Shown: one piece after another, positions 10,131 through 21,007 of the stretch
Layout: each line of letters opens with the position of its first letter
Position numbering within the stretch: the first letter of the stretch is position 1
NCBI GenBank assembly: GCA_039794845.1
Contig: JAUQVK010000053.1
Location: 1 to 47,217, forward strand
From: Thermostichus sp. DRC_bins_24
GTDB lineage: Bacteria; Cyanobacteriota; Cyanobacteriia; Thermostichales; Thermostichaceae
Length of the DNA: 47,217 nt
Reading direction: 5' to 3'
Made by a program: the position numbers and the translations under genes
The notes under the pieces: model-generated
Told to the model about the DNA's origin: nothing
Seen by the model: only the letters and a program-made list of their open reading frames with translations
Database searches by the model: none

Positions 10131-10454
10131 TTAGTATTCGAAGGTCATCGGGGGAAAGCGTGAGGGTTGGGGTTTGTGCCGCCCGGGTTCTGGGGTAGGG
10201 GCGGAGTCCTTGGTCAGCTCGGTTGTGAAGGTTGCGGCATCTTGTTTGAGCTGCAACATGGCTTGATCAATTTCCTGGAGGCGGGTATGGATTTGCCCTT
10301 GCCGCTCCTGAATCGATTCCAATTCCTGATGGAGGCGTTGCTTCTCCACCGTTAACTGTTGCATCTCGGCGTAGAGAGCAGACTCGGTTTTGCGGCGGGG
10401 GATTGAGCGCAATTTTGGGCGAGGGCGGGAACGGGGCATGCGAGGCAAGCTCAT
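10131..10454 (-). CDS. GvpV-like coiled-coil protein
   Basis: RPKLRSIPRRKTES...EKQRLHQEL coiled coil and a C-terminal F..MTFEY resemble cyanobacterial GvpV as remembered. Confidence 0.55.
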   Translation of the reverse strand: MSLPRMPRSRPRPKLRSIPRRKTESALYAEMQQLTVEKQRLHQELESIQERQGQIHTRLQEIDQAMLQLKQDAATFTTELTKDSAPTPEPGRHKPQPSRFPPMTFEY

Positions 10455-10720
10455 GATTTTTGGATCCCAGTCAGAAGTCTGTGGGCACATCCTAGCAGGG
10501 AGACCCGTGGCTCACCCAAGAACCGTCGTCGGCTGGGATCGGTCGGGTTGCCGATGGTGAAAACAGTCTCCAAAAGTCTCCAAAAGTTCCCGCTCCTTAT
10601 TCCGTTTTGTTCAGGAAAGCCTAGGATGGGATCGGGATCCCATGACTTCTATCCCAATTGCTTGGCGATAGCTCAATTCCCCCAGTAGGATCCGGTACGT
10701 CAGGCACAAGGAAGCACACC

Positions 10721-11215
10721 ATGGCTGAAACGGTGGCAGAACTGCTGCAAGGCTACAGCAGCGGCGAGCGGGACTTCAGCAACAGCCAACTGGCAGAGGC
10801 CGACTTAGCAGGGGCTGATCTCTCCGGGATCGACTTTGGAGGGGCAGTTCTCAAGCAAGCCAAGTTGGCCGCGGTTAACCTGGAGCGCGCCTACCTGAGT
10901 GGGGCGGATCTGAGTCAAGCCGACTTAAGAGGAGCAAATCTGCGACTGGCCACCCTAGAAAAGGCTCAACTCCAAGGATCCCAGTTGCAGGGAGCCAACC
11001 TGCGGGGAACCAACCTCGTGGAGGCCGACTTAAGTGGGGCAGATCTCAGCCAAGCCGATGTGGCGGGGGCCAATCTGACCAGGGCCAACCTCAAAGGAAC
11101 CAACTTAACCCAGTGCAAGCTCAAGCTGGCCAACCTACGCGAGGCAGCCTACGATGAGACCACCCACCTAGATGGGAATATCAGCGCACCTGAGCTGGGC
11201 ATGCTCCGAGCCTAA
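10721..11215 (+). CDS. Pentapeptide repeat protein
   Basis: Y..GERDFS followed by many A(D/N)LxG repeats. Confidence 0.92.
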   Translation: MAETVAELLQGYSSGERDFSNSQLAEADLAGADLSGIDFGGAVLKQAKLAAVNLERAYLSGADLSQADLRGANLRLATLEKAQLQGSQLQGANLRGTNLVEADLSGADLSQADVAGANLTRANLKGTNLTQCKLKLANLREAAYDETTHLDGNISAPELGMLRA

Positions 11216-11222
11216 CCCATCC

Positions 11223-11531
11223 CTAGTCCTCCCGCTCCAAGTCCAGGGCCTCTTGAATCTCAGCATCCGTGTAGCCCACCGCTCGCAGCTTTTCAGATAC
11301 CACCTGGATCTCCGTGTCAGAAAGCTCCTGCTGTCGCACCCGATCCCAGAGATTGGCCGCGATCTGCAACAGCAAACCGCTGCTTTCTGCCTCAAAAAGC
11401 TCAAAGGCCGTAGCCAGCTCGATGGCCTGCAGCACCTCTTCAGCATTGCCAATCGGCTGGTCAATGGATTGCTCCTCCAACTCCACGATCAACTGCCGCA
11501 ACCGGTTCAGGCCATCCCCGAGAGCAGACAT
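11223..11531 (-). CDS. Acidic helical hypothetical protein
   Basis: Fills the gap between genes; protein-like acidic, helical composition. Confidence 0.6.
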   Translation of the reverse strand: MSALGDGLNRLRQLIVELEEQSIDQPIGNAEEVLQAIELATAFELFEAESSGLLLQIAANLWDRVRQQELSDTEIQVVSEKLRAVGYTDAEIQEALDLERED

Positions 11532-11682
11532 GCTACAGGCTCCACAACGGCACTTGAATCCCCACCCTATCAGACTCCGATCGTTCAACAGAAGGGATCC
11601 GACAGATTCCGCTCCAGCTGGGGCTATCCTAATAGGAAGAAATCGATATGATCACTAGAAACCTGAGAGGAGATGCATCGGT

Positions 11683-12414
11683 ATGGCCCAAGCGAACGTC
11701 CTGCCCAACGCCCCCCAGCCCTTGGCTGGTGAAGGTCGCACCGCCCCTGACTACGGCAGTACTGTTTACCGGCAGGCCTACTCACGCATCAACGCCATCG
11801 TCATCGAAGGGGAGCAGGAAGCCAACGACAACTACCTGAAGCTAGCGGAGATGTTGCCCGAGGCAGCAGAGGAGTTGCGCAAGCTGGCCAAAATGGAGTT
11901 GCGCCACATGAAAGGCTTCCAATCCTGTGGCAAAAACCTGCAGGTGGAGCCAGATATGGACTTTGCTCGCGCCTTCTTTTCCCCTTTGCACAGCAATTTC
12001 CAAAAAGCTGCCGCAGAAGGAGACCTGATCACCTGTTTTGTGATCCAGTCTTTGATCATCGAGTGTTTTGCCATAGCTGCCTACAACATCTACATTCCGG
12101 TTGCCGATGACTTTGCCCGCAAGATTACCGAAGGGGTGGTCAAGGACGAATATCTGCACCTCAACTTCGGTGAACGCTGGCTACAGGAGCACTTCAGCGA
12201 GGCCAAAGGACAAATCGAAGCGGCCAACGCCCAAAACCTCCCCCTCGTCTGGCAAATGCTGCAGCAGGTGGATGAGGATGTGGAGAGCATTTATATGGAT
12301 CGAGAAGCCATTGTCGAAGACTTTATGATCGCCTACGGCGAAGCTTTGGCAAACATTGGCTTCAATACTCGCGAAGTGATGCGTCTCTCCGCCCAAGGCT
12401 TACGGGCCGCATGA
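11683..12414 (+). CDS. ado: Aldehyde-deformylating oxygenase
   Basis: [16 protein letters not shown] plus di-iron ELRH and DEYLH motifs. Confidence 0.97.
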   Translation: MAQANVLPNAPQPLAGEGRTAPDYGSTVYRQAYSRINAIVIEGEQEANDNYLKLAEMLPEAAEELRKLAKMELRHMKGFQSCGKNLQVEPDMDFARAFFSPLHSNFQKAAAEGDLITCFVIQSLIIECFAIAAYNIYIPVADDFARKITEGVVKDEYLHLNFGERWLQEHFSEAKGQIEAANAQNLPLVWQMLQQVDEDVESIYMDREAIVEDFMIAYGEALANIGFNTREVMRLSAQGLRAA

Positions 12415-12544
12415 TCCACCATGACCTACTCCTCGGTAACGAACGGATTGGGTTTTCTGGCCTAGCTCCGACAGCCACCTACCCTCTTGGGGTATGGACG
12501 TGCTCTGATGGGATCCATAGAATTATCCAAGCGAGTCAACCTTT

Positions 12545-13582
12545 ATGTTCGGCCTGATCGGGCATTTAACCAGCCTTACCCATGCGCAACGGGTGGCAGA
12601 TAAGCTGGGTTACCCAGAATATGCAGAGAGCGACCTGGAATTTTGGTGCATGGCTCCCCCTCAGGTTGTGGATGAGATCACGGTGACCAGCATTACCGGC
12701 CAAAAGATCCATGGGCAGTACGTCGAATCCTGCTTCTTGCCAGAAATGCTGGCGGGCGGACGGGTGAAAGCGGCCTGTCGGAAGATTTTAAATGCCATGG
12801 CCTTGGCCCAGCGGCGGGGTCTGAGCATTACTGCTTTGGGGGGGTTCAGCAGCATCATTTTCGAGAACTTTCGCCTCGACAGCCTCAGACGGGTGCGCAA
12901 TATCGATTTGGAGGTGCAGCGCTTCACCACCGGCAATACCCACACCGCCTACATCATTTGTCAGCAGTTGCAGTCGGCGGCCCAGCGCTATGCCATGGAT
13001 TTGGCGGCGGCCACAATCGCGGTGGTAGGAGCCACGGGGGATATCGGCAGTGCCATCTGTCAATGGTTGGCTGCCCACACCCATTTGGGCAAGTTGTTGC
13101 TGGTGGCGCGAGATCGACTGCGCCTGGAGGAGTTACGGGCTAACCTCAAGCTAGGGGAGATCTGCTCGGTGGAAGAGGCTCTACCCCGTGCTGATTTCAT
13201 CGTTTGGGTGGCGAGCATGAGTCAGGGTATGGTGCTCAATCCGCAGGTGCTGCGGGATCCCTGCGTGATTATCGACGGTGGCTACCCGAAAAACATTGCC
13301 TCCACCCTGCACCGGCAGGGGGTTCATGTGATCGATGGCGGCATGGTGGAACACTCTCTTGATATTGAATGGAGCATTATGCAGTTTTTGAATGTGGCCA
13401 ATCCGGCTCGTCAGTTGTTTGCCTGTTTTGCCGAGTCGATGTTGCTGGAGTTTGAGGAGTTGCATACCAACTTCAGTTGGGGGCGTAATCTGATCACCCT
13501 CGAGAAATTGGATCTGATCGGGCAGCTGTCTCGCAAGCATGGGTTCCGTCCCCTGATGCCCGAAGCCCAGCCTCTCAATTGA
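12545..13582 (+). CDS. aar: Long-chain acyl-ACP reductase (aldehyde-forming)
   Basis: [28 protein letters not shown] and FACFAE motifs; follows ado. Confidence 0.97.
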   Translation: MFGLIGHLTSLTHAQRVADKLGYPEYAESDLEFWCMAPPQVVDEITVTSITGQKIHGQYVESCFLPEMLAGGRVKAACRKILNAMALAQRRGLSITALGGFSSIIFENFRLDSLRRVRNIDLEVQRFTTGNTHTAYIICQQLQSAAQRYAMDLAAATIAVVGATGDIGSAICQWLAAHTHLGKLLLVARDRLRLEELRANLKLGEICSVEEALPRADFIVWVASMSQGMVLNPQVLRDPCVIIDGGYPKNIASTLHRQGVHVIDGGMVEHSLDIEWSIMQFLNVANPARQLFACFAESMLLEFEELHTNFSWGRNLITLEKLDLIGQLSRKHGFRPLMPEAQPLN

Positions 13583-13705
13583 GAACCGTGGGAACCGTGA
13601 GAACAGATTTGGAGACGGGGGATCCCTTTTGTTCAAGCCCTGGCAAGGGATCCCTGAACATCCTTAGAACCTTAGAAACCGACAAAGCTCTGCAAAACGG
13701 TCATC

Positions 13706-14362
13706 ATGCCCGAACCATTCACTGCCCACCTTTGGCAAGCGATTCAACCCATTTACCAGCACATTATCGATCACCCCTTTAATCAAGAATTGGCGGCCGG
13801 TAGCTTGTCGCGGGAGCGGTTTCAATTTTATCTGCAGCAAGATGCCCTCTATCTTACGGATTTTGCCCGCGCTTTGGCGTTGATCGGATCCCGTTCCGAA
13901 GGCTCTGAGCAGGTGGTCAGTTTCTTGAACTTTGCCTTGGGGGCGATTGTGGCGGAGCGCAGCCTCCATGAGAGCTACTTTCGTCTTTACGAGATCCAGC
14001 CGGAAACGGCCTATGCACCGGCTTGTTTTGCCTATACGCGAGCGCTCTTGGCCTCTGCGGTTTTGGATCCCTACGAGGTGGCCATAGCCGCGGTGCTGCC
14101 CTGTTTTTGGATTTACCAAAAGGTGGGATCCGCCATTTATCAAAGTGCGCAGCCCAACAATCCCTACCAGCAGTGGATCGACACCTACGCCGGGGAAGAA
14201 TTCGCCCAAGTGGTGCAGCAGGCCCTCGACATAACCAACACTGTTGCTCAGCACACCACCGAGACCATGCGGGCCAAAATGACGGCAGCCTTTGTTACCG
14301 CCTCTCGCTTGGAGTGGCTGTTTTGGGACAGTGCCTACCGCCTTGAGTCCTGGCCCGTTTAG
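13706..14362 (+). CDS. tenA: Thiaminase II / TenA family protein
   Basis: HPF, YLQQDALYL, catalytic LPCFWIY and EWLFWD motifs. Confidence 0.92.
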   Translation: MPEPFTAHLWQAIQPIYQHIIDHPFNQELAAGSLSRERFQFYLQQDALYLTDFARALALIGSRSEGSEQVVSFLNFALGAIVAERSLHESYFRLYEIQPETAYAPACFAYTRALLASAVLDPYEVAIAAVLPCFWIYQKVGSAIYQSAQPNNPYQQWIDTYAGEEFAQVVQQALDITNTVAQHTTETMRAKMTAAFVTASRLEWLFWDSAYRLESWPV

Positions 14363-14366
14363 GGGT

Positions 14367-15065
14367 TTATGGATTGGGCTGCTGGGTGAGCAACCCCTTG
14401 GCCTGGGCAAAGACGGCGTCAAACATCTCTTCGGTGAGCAGCTTGGTGGCTGTGTTGCGTTGGCTGGGATGGTAGGAAGCCAGCACATACCGTCCCTGGG
14501 GGAGAGGGGCCACTTGGTTATGGCCAAAGCGGGGGCGCGGCTTGGGCAGGTTAAACAGGGTTAAGGTGTGCTTAAAAGCAAAGTGACCCAAGGCCAAAAT
14601 GACCCGCACGTGAGAGAGCAAGCTCAACTCCCGCGCCAGATAGCCCAGGCAGGTCTTTGCTTCTGCGGGAGTGGGGCGATTGTCCGGGGGAGCACAGCGC
14701 ACCACCGCCGAGATGTAGCAATCTTTCAGCTGGAGGCCGTCTTCTCGGTGGGTAGAGGTGGATTGATTGGCAAAGCCCGCCCGGTGCAGGGCCCGAAACA
14801 CCCAATCTCCGCTGGGATCCCCCGTGAATACCCGCCCCGTCCGATTGCCCCCATGGGCCGCCGGAGCCAAGCCGATGACCCACAACCGTGCCTGGGGATC
14901 CCCAAATCCCGGAATCGGTCTACCCCAGTAGGGCTGCTCCCGGAAACGGGCCACCTTCCGTAGGGCGACCGCCTCTCGCCAACGGACCAGGCGGGGGCAG
15001 CGACAGCACTCGACGATCTCAGCCGCCAAAGTGGCCCAAGGCTGGGGATCACTCGTCCTCTTCAT
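14367..15065 (-). CDS. Family-5 uracil-DNA glycosylase with 4Fe-4S cluster; start overlaps the end of rpoC2
   Basis: [26 protein letters not shown] and YHPSQRN motifs. Confidence 0.9.
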   Translation of the reverse strand: MKRTSDPQPWATLAAEIVECCRCPRLVRWREAVALRKVARFREQPYWGRPIPGFGDPQARLWVIGLAPAAHGGNRTGRVFTGDPSGDWVFRALHRAGFANQSTSTHREDGLQLKDCYISAVVRCAPPDNRPTPAEAKTCLGYLARELSLLSHVRVILALGHFAFKHTLTLFNLPKPRPRFGHNQVAPLPQGRYVLASYHPSQRNTATKLLTEEMFDAVFAQAKGLLTQQPNP

Positions 15066-18000
15066 CCTCCTCCAATTCGTCAAAAGCAGGAGTGGAATCG
15101 TCAATCAGCTGGTCATCTTCCAAGATCCGGCGCGGCGGCAGATCCGGCAGGATCACCGACTCCTCCTCTTCTTCGTAGGGTTCCGGATCGGGGACAATTT
15201 CTTCGTAGGTGCTGAAGCCCGTACCCGCCGGGATCAAGCGCCCGATAATCACATTTTCCTTGAGGCCCCGCAACCAGTCCGACTTGCCCTCGATGGCGGC
15301 TTCCGTGAGCACCCGGGTGGTTTCCTGGAAGCTAGCCGCCGAGATGAAGCTATCGGTGTTCAAGCTGGCTTTGGTGATCCCCAACAGGACAGGCGTGTAC
15401 TTGGCCGGAGCCCCCCCCGTGATTGCCATGCTGGCATTGGTCTGCTGGATCTCCCGCAGCTCCACCAACTCACCCGGCAGCAGGATGGTATCGCCGCTGT
15501 CATCCACCCGCACCTTCGAGGTCATCTGGCGCACCACGATCTCGATGTGCTTGTCGGAGATCTCCACCCCCTGGGAGCGATAGACATTCTGCACTTCGTT
15601 CACGAAAAAGCGCTGCACCTCTCGCAGCGCCAGCCGCGCCGCTTGGTCGTCCCCGAGGATTTGGCGGTGGTACTCGTAGTAGCTCTCCAGGATGTCGTGG
15701 GGATTGGCGGGGCCGTCGGTAAGCGGATCCCCTACTCCCACCGGCTGCCCATCCGCCACCATCAGGTTTTGCCCCGGCAACAGCGGATAATCCGTGACCG
15801 TGCCATCGCTCTCGACAATTTTCAGGTCGGGTTCTTCCCCTCGCCAGCTCAGCTGAACGGTGCCGGGCCGCTTAGCAAGAACGCACATTTCCTTGGGCTT
15901 ACGGGCCTCCAACAGCTCCTCAATCCGCGGCAGACCCTGGATGATATCCCCGGTTTTGGCCCGCTCGAACACCAGTAGGCCGAGGGAATCCCCCCGCTGC
16001 ACCAGGTCACCATCCGCCACCTGCAAAATGGCCCCTGCAGAAACCAGGTAGGGCCGCGCCATGCGCAACACCACTCGGCCATCCTCTACCTGCATCACCT
16101 GTCCCGATTCCGGCGAAGGGATCCCAGGGGCGATCTCATCCTTGGCCCGCACCAGATCCCCCACCTTCAGGGTGGTGCTGCCCGTGAAGGGCACGCTCAC
16201 CTGATCGTCCTCGGTGACCACCAACACCCGCCGAACCACCTCTGCCCCTTGGCGGATCCCCTGAACAATCCCGGCCTTTTTGGCCTGAATTTCCGTGCGG
16301 GCGATCACCGATCCGGTGGCGATGCTATCGCCCTCTCCCACCAGCAGTCGGGTGTGGGTGCTGCCCTGGGTCAGATCCGCTTCCACATCACGGCGCAGCA
16401 GCAGGGTTTCCAGGATCACCAGTTGCAGGCGGCGAATCTCGGGGTCCTCGTCGTCCTGAATCAGCTCAATATCCGCCTTCAGCTGCGGAGCGTCGGTGTC
16501 GATCTCCAGTACCAGCTGGGTGCGCAAGAGTTCTACCCCGCCCACCGACCGGACGCGTTCGCCGTCCTTGAAGGGGATGCGCTGCACCGCCCGCAGGCGA
16601 ATCGAGCGGCCAGACTCGCTGGTGGAATCCTGGCTGGGTACCGAGGGTTGGTCGGGAATTTCGTACTCCTGTACCGGACGCAGCAGTAATCCTGGGCCTT
16701 CTGGGGTTTCCACATGCTCCAGGTACACCAACTGATCCGGCACGATGCTGCTCAACACCTGTTGCCCCGGCTGGATCAAGGTGCCATCCTTTACCTCCAT
16801 GTCGGCGGGGTTTTCCACCAGGTGCAGGGCTCCCGGCTTGATGACAATCTCCCGCAGAATGTCGTTTTTCTGGATCACCTCAACGATGCCGGCGTTCTGA
16901 CAGAAGATGTCCTTCACCACCTCCGTGCCCGCTTCCACAAACTGGCCATCCTCCACATTCAGCAGAGAGATGTCTTTGTTCACCTCGTGGGTTTCCTCCG
17001 GGATCCACAGCAGCGTCCCCCCTTTGATCACCTCAAAGCCCTGCTTGGCCTTGCCGCGCCGCGCCACCTCAATGCCCGCGAACTTGACCAAGCCGCCGGT
17101 TTGCGTGCGGAAATTGTTCTCGATCAGCTCCGCCACCACCTCATCGTTGCCCACTTTGGTGCCGGGGGTAGCCTTGAGGATGAAGGTCTGTCCACCGGCG
17201 GTATCCAGCAAAAACTGCTCCCGGCTCTGGTGGGATTCCACCCGGACTCGCGCCTCGTGCAGAACCACCGACGCGTTGATGATCTCTACCTCGCGCCCGC
17301 TTTTGCTGTCGGTACGCTCCGGCAGCCGCACAATCCCGCCGTGCTCCGTTACCAGGGAGGTTTCGGCGATCACGTCCCCTGCCTGTACCACATCCCCGTT
17401 TTGCACCACAGGCTCGGCACCAGGGGGAAGGTTGTACACCTGACCGGACATCACCCAAATCAAGCCCTGCCGTTGGGCGGTGTAGGTAATGTTGCCCTGC
17501 CGGTCGGTTTTCTCTTCGATGGGCAGATCGGCAAAGCGAATTTCTCCAGCCAGGTCGGAAATCACTTCTTTCTGGGCTTTTTCGGTGCTCTTGCGGGTGG
17601 CCTTGGCCAGCGACACTTCCGCAATCATCTGATCCGGTTGCACCTCGGCCCCATCCCGCACCAACAGGGTGGATCCCTGGGTCACGTCAAAGTGCTCCCG
17701 CCGCCCGTCGGATCCCTCCAGGATGATTTGGTTGTTCACCTCCACCTGCAGGGCATCGTCGCCGTGGCGGGTGCGGAAGGGACGGGTGCGGAAATTCTTG
17801 GGAAACCGCACCACTCCGGCGAAGGGGGCGCGAATTTGTCGAGCCACTTCCCCCGTAAACACACCGCCCGTGTGGAAGGTACGCATCGTCAACTGGGTAC
17901 CCGGCTCCCCAATCGACTGGGCGGCGATGATCCCCACCGCCTCTCCCATATCCACCAGACGGGAATGAGCCAGGCTCCAACCGTAGCAAAGACGGCAGAC

Positions 18001-18951
18001 CGAACGGTTGGCCTCGCAGGTGAGGGGAGAGCGCACGGTCACCTGTCTGATCCCGGTGTCTGCGATCACCTTAGCCAGATCGTGATCCACCTCCTGGTTG
18101 CGATGAGCGATCACCGCTTGGGTCTCGGGGTGCACCACATCCTGTGCCAGCACCCGGCCCACCAGTCGATCCTCCAGGGAAACCACCACCTTGTCTCCGT
18201 CCATCAGGTATTCCAGGACAATGCCATGCTCGGTGCCGCAATCCGATTCCCGCACGATCACATCCTGAGACACATCCACCAGACGGCGGGTCAAATAACC
18301 GGAGTCGGCGGTGCGCAAGGCAGTATCCACCAAACCCTTGCGAGCACCGTAGGAGGAGATGATGTACTCCGTAACCGTCAGGCCCTCGCGGAAATTGGTT
18401 TTAATCGGCAAGTCGATGATTTCCCCCTGCGGGTTGGCCATCAGACCGCGCATACCCACCAATTGCCGCACCTGGGAGACGTTTCCCCGCGCCCCGGAGT
18501 TGGCCATCATGTAGACGGAGTTGAGGGGATCGTTCTGCTTGAAGTTGCTGAGCATCTCCTCTTTGATCTGGTCGTTGGTTTGGTTCCAGGTATCGATCAC
18601 CTTTTGATAGCGTTCTACCTCGGTGATTTCGCCCCGAGTAAAGCGCTCGGTGGCCGCCTCAATTTCCGCCTCCGCTTGCGCCAGCAACTGTCGCTTGCTG
18701 GGGGGAACCCGCAAATCTTCAACGCTAATGGAAACTGCCGCTTGTGTGGCGTATTTGAAGCCCATTGCTTTGAGGGCATCCGCCATTTGGGCGGTGCGGG
18801 CGGTGCCATAGCGGGCAAAAGACCAAGCGATTAAGCTGCGCAGCTCTTTTTTGCCGATTTGATAATTGCGAAAGGGCACGGGGGGCAGGGGGGTGTTGCC
18901 ATCGGCAGCCTGCTGCAACAGGTCAGCAGAAGGTCGTCCTTTTTCGCTCAT
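15049..18951 (-). CDS. rpoC2: RNA polymerase beta' subunit (cyanobacterial RpoC2)
   Basis: [23 protein letters not shown] and [13 protein letters not shown]; large SI3 insertion. Confidence 0.99.
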   Translation of the reverse strand: MSEKGRPSADLLQQAADGNTPLPPVPFRNYQIGKKELRSLIAWSFARYGTARTAQMADALKAMGFKYATQAAVSISVEDLRVPPSKRQLLAQAEAEIEAATERFTRGEITEVERYQKVIDTWNQTNDQIKEEMLSNFKQNDPLNSVYMMANSGARGNVSQVRQLVGMRGLMANPQGEIIDLPIKTNFREGLTVTEYIISSYGARKGLVDTALRTADSGYLTRRLVDVSQDVIVRESDCGTEHGIVLEYLMDGDKVVVSLEDRLVGRVLAQDVVHPETQAVIAHRNQEVDHDLAKVIADTGIRQVTVRSPLTCEANRSVCRLCYGWSLAHSRLVDMGEAVGIIAAQSIGEPGTQLTMRTFHTGGVFTGEVARQIRAPFAGVVRFPKNFRTRPFRTRHGDDALQVEVNNQIILEGSDGRREHFDVTQGSTLLVRDGAEVQPDQMIAEVSLAKATRKSTEKAQKEVISDLAGEIRFADLPIEEKTDRQGNITYTAQRQGLIWVMSGQVYNLPPGAEPVVQNGDVVQAGDVIAETSLVTEHGGIVRLPERTDSKSGREVEIINASVVLHEARVRVESHQSREQFLLDTAGGQTFILKATPGTKVGNDEVVAELIENNFRTQTGGLVKFAGIEVARRGKAKQGFEVIKGGTLLWIPEETHEVNKDISLLNVEDGQFVEAGTEVVKDIFCQNAGIVEVIQKNDILREIVIKPGALHLVENPADMEVKDGTLIQPGQQVLSSIVPDQLVYLEHVETPEGPGLLLRPVQEYEIPDQPSVPSQDSTSESGRSIRLRAVQRIPFKDGERVRSVGGVELLRTQLVLEIDTDAPQLKADIELIQDDEDPEIRRLQLVILETLLLRRDVEADLTQGSTHTRLLVGEGDSIATGSVIARTEIQAKKAGIVQGIRQGAEVVRRVLVVTEDDQVSVPFTGSTTLKVGDLVRAKDEIAPGIPSPESGQVMQVEDGRVVLRMARPYLVSAGAILQVADGDLVQRGDSLGLLVFERAKTGDIIQGLPRIEELLEARKPKEMCVLAKRPGTVQLSWRGEEPDLKIVESDGTVTDYPLLPGQNLMVADGQPVGVGDPLTDGPANPHDILESYYEYHRQILGDDQAARLALREVQRFFVNEVQNVYRSQGVEISDKHIEIVVRQMTSKVRVDDSGDTILLPGELVELREIQQTNASMAITGGAPAKYTPVLLGITKASLNTDSFISAASFQETTRVLTEAAIEGKSDWLRGLKENVIIGRLIPAGTGFSTYEEIVPDPEPYEEEEESVILPDLPPRRILEDDQLIDDSTPAFDELEEDEEDE

Positions 18952-19011
18952 GATTCCTCGATGATGACTGGACAGGGGGCAAGGTAGGGGATCCGAACGC
19001 TCTCGGACCGA

Positions 19012-20895
19012 CTAGGCGGACAGAATATCCTGCACGATCTTGTTGAAAATGATCCGGCCCGGGGTGGTGCGGATGTACTGGCTGAGAATGTTGCCGGCGT
19101 GATCTTCACGAATGCGCCGGTAGTTGGTGACCTTGACGCGAGTACCACCGGGTTCTTCGGTGATTTCCGGCTCGGACTCTTTCTCCCCTTTGCCCAGCTC
19201 CATTGGGCCGTTGTAGCGCACCCAGATTTTGGTGTGCAGACCCACTGCACCCCGGTCGTAGGCGATCAGAGCATCTTCCAGGCTGGAAAAGTAGCGATCG
19301 CGGCCACCAGGCTGCTGGGGGTTGTCGGCGGTCAGGTAATAACACCCCAAGACCATATCTTGGCTGGGGGTAATGATTGGAGTGCCCGTGGCGGGGGAGA
19401 GAATGTTGTTGGTGGCCAGCATCAACAGGCGTGCCTCTGCTTGGGATTCCAGCGAGAGGGGCACATGCACCGCCATTTGGTCGCCGTCGAAGTCGGCGTT
19501 GAAGGCGGGACATACCAGGGGGTGCAGCTGAATGGCTCGCCCCTCCACCAAAATCGGTTCAAAGGCTTGGATCCCAAGGCGGTGTAAGGTGGGGGCACGG
19601 TTGAGCAAAACGGGGTGGCCGTCGATCACTTCCTCCAGCACATCCCAAATTTGCGGGTCGTTGCTTTGGATCAGCTTTTTGGCGGCTTTGATGTTGTTGA
19701 CGATGCCCCGTTTGATCAGCTTGTGAATGACGAAGGGCTGAAACAGCTCGATGGCCATCTCTTTGGGCAAACCGCACTGGTTCATGCGCAGACTGGGACC
19801 GACCACGATCACCGAGCGCCCGGAGTAGTCCACCCGTTTGCCGAGCAGGTTCTGCCGGAAGCGCCCCTGCTTGCCTTCGATGATGTCTGACAAGGATTTG
19901 AGGGGACGGTTGTTGGCCCCCACCACGGTGCGGCCCCGACGGCCATTGTCGATCAGGGCATCCACCGCCTCCTGCAACATACGCTTTTCGTTGCGCACGA
20001 TGATTTCGGGGGCAAGGATCTCCTGCAGGCGGGCCAAGCGGTTGTTGCGGTTGATAACGCGGCGATAGAGATCGTTGAGGTCGCTGGTGGCAAAGCGGCC
20101 CCCGTCCAACTGAACCATCGGCCGCAAATCCGGCGGGATCACCGGGATCACCTGTAACACCATCCACTCGGGCCGGGATCCCGTGGCAATAAAGTTGTCA
20201 ATGACCCGCAGCCGCTTGATCAGGCGCGTCCGTTTCTGGCCCCGTGCGCTGGCAATTTCCTCCCGCAGCTGTTCGGCCTCTTTTTCCAGGTCAATGTCCA
20301 TCAGCAGGCGTTGGATCGCCTCCGCCCCGATCATGGCCCAGCGATCCGGCAGTTGCAGCTCGGATCCCTCCTCGTACATTTGATCCTCAATCTCGAGGAA
20401 TTGGTCTTCCGTCAGCAGTTGTTTGTAGGAGAGGTTCTGGGCATTGCCCGGATCCACCACCACGTAGGCGTTAAAGTACACCACCTGCTCCACATCCCGC
20501 AGCGGCATATCCAACAGTGTGGCAATGTGGCTGGGGATCCCTTTCAGGTACCAAACATGGGTGACGGGGGCAGCCAACTTGATGTAGCCCATGCGGTGAC
20601 GGCGTACCCGCGACTCCGTCACCTCCACCCCGCAGCGCTCACAGACAATGCCGCGATGGCGCACCCGCTTGTACTTGCCACAGTGACATTCCCAGTCTTT
20701 GGCCGGCCCGAAGATGCGCTCACAGAAGAGGCCATCCATCTCCGGCTTAAGGGTGCGATAGTTTATGGTTTCGGGTTTGGTGACTTCCCCCACCAGCTGG
20801 CCATTGGGTAGGGTACGCTGCCCCCACTCCATGATCCGCTCGGGAGAGGCCAACCCAATTTTGACGTAATCAAAACGCTGCTCTGTTCTCGCCAT
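19012..20895 (-). CDS. rpoC1: RNA polymerase gamma subunit (RpoC1)
   Basis: Zn finger CHCGK...CERC; catalytic NADFDGD. Confidence 0.99.
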   Translation of the reverse strand: MARTEQRFDYVKIGLASPERIMEWGQRTLPNGQLVGEVTKPETINYRTLKPEMDGLFCERIFGPAKDWECHCGKYKRVRHRGIVCERCGVEVTESRVRRHRMGYIKLAAPVTHVWYLKGIPSHIATLLDMPLRDVEQVVYFNAYVVVDPGNAQNLSYKQLLTEDQFLEIEDQMYEEGSELQLPDRWAMIGAEAIQRLLMDIDLEKEAEQLREEIASARGQKRTRLIKRLRVIDNFIATGSRPEWMVLQVIPVIPPDLRPMVQLDGGRFATSDLNDLYRRVINRNNRLARLQEILAPEIIVRNEKRMLQEAVDALIDNGRRGRTVVGANNRPLKSLSDIIEGKQGRFRQNLLGKRVDYSGRSVIVVGPSLRMNQCGLPKEMAIELFQPFVIHKLIKRGIVNNIKAAKKLIQSNDPQIWDVLEEVIDGHPVLLNRAPTLHRLGIQAFEPILVEGRAIQLHPLVCPAFNADFDGDQMAVHVPLSLESQAEARLLMLATNNILSPATGTPIITPSQDMVLGCYYLTADNPQQPGGRDRYFSSLEDALIAYDRGAVGLHTKIWVRYNGPMELGKGEKESEPEITEEPGGTRVKVTNYRRIREDHAGNILSQYIRTTPGRIIFNKIVQDILSA

Positions 20896-21007
20896 CGCAA
20901 TTCGCTCCTGACTTGCTGCTGCCCTGGCACCTGATCTGAAAGGAGGGATGGTGCCCTACCACCCCTGCCTCAATCGGATGGGATCCCAATTGCATCCCTA
21001 GCTGCGA

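Noticed and set aside
13583..13705. TPP riboswitch upstream of tenA
   Set aside because: The CUGAGA and ACCUG core elements are not present in the expected arrangement.
16714..18834. 706-aa plus-strand ORF and other long antisense ORFs (e.g. 15031-15978, 9110-10009, 45769-46809)
   Set aside because: These are shadow frames opposite well-supported GC-rich genes and have no recognisable motifs.
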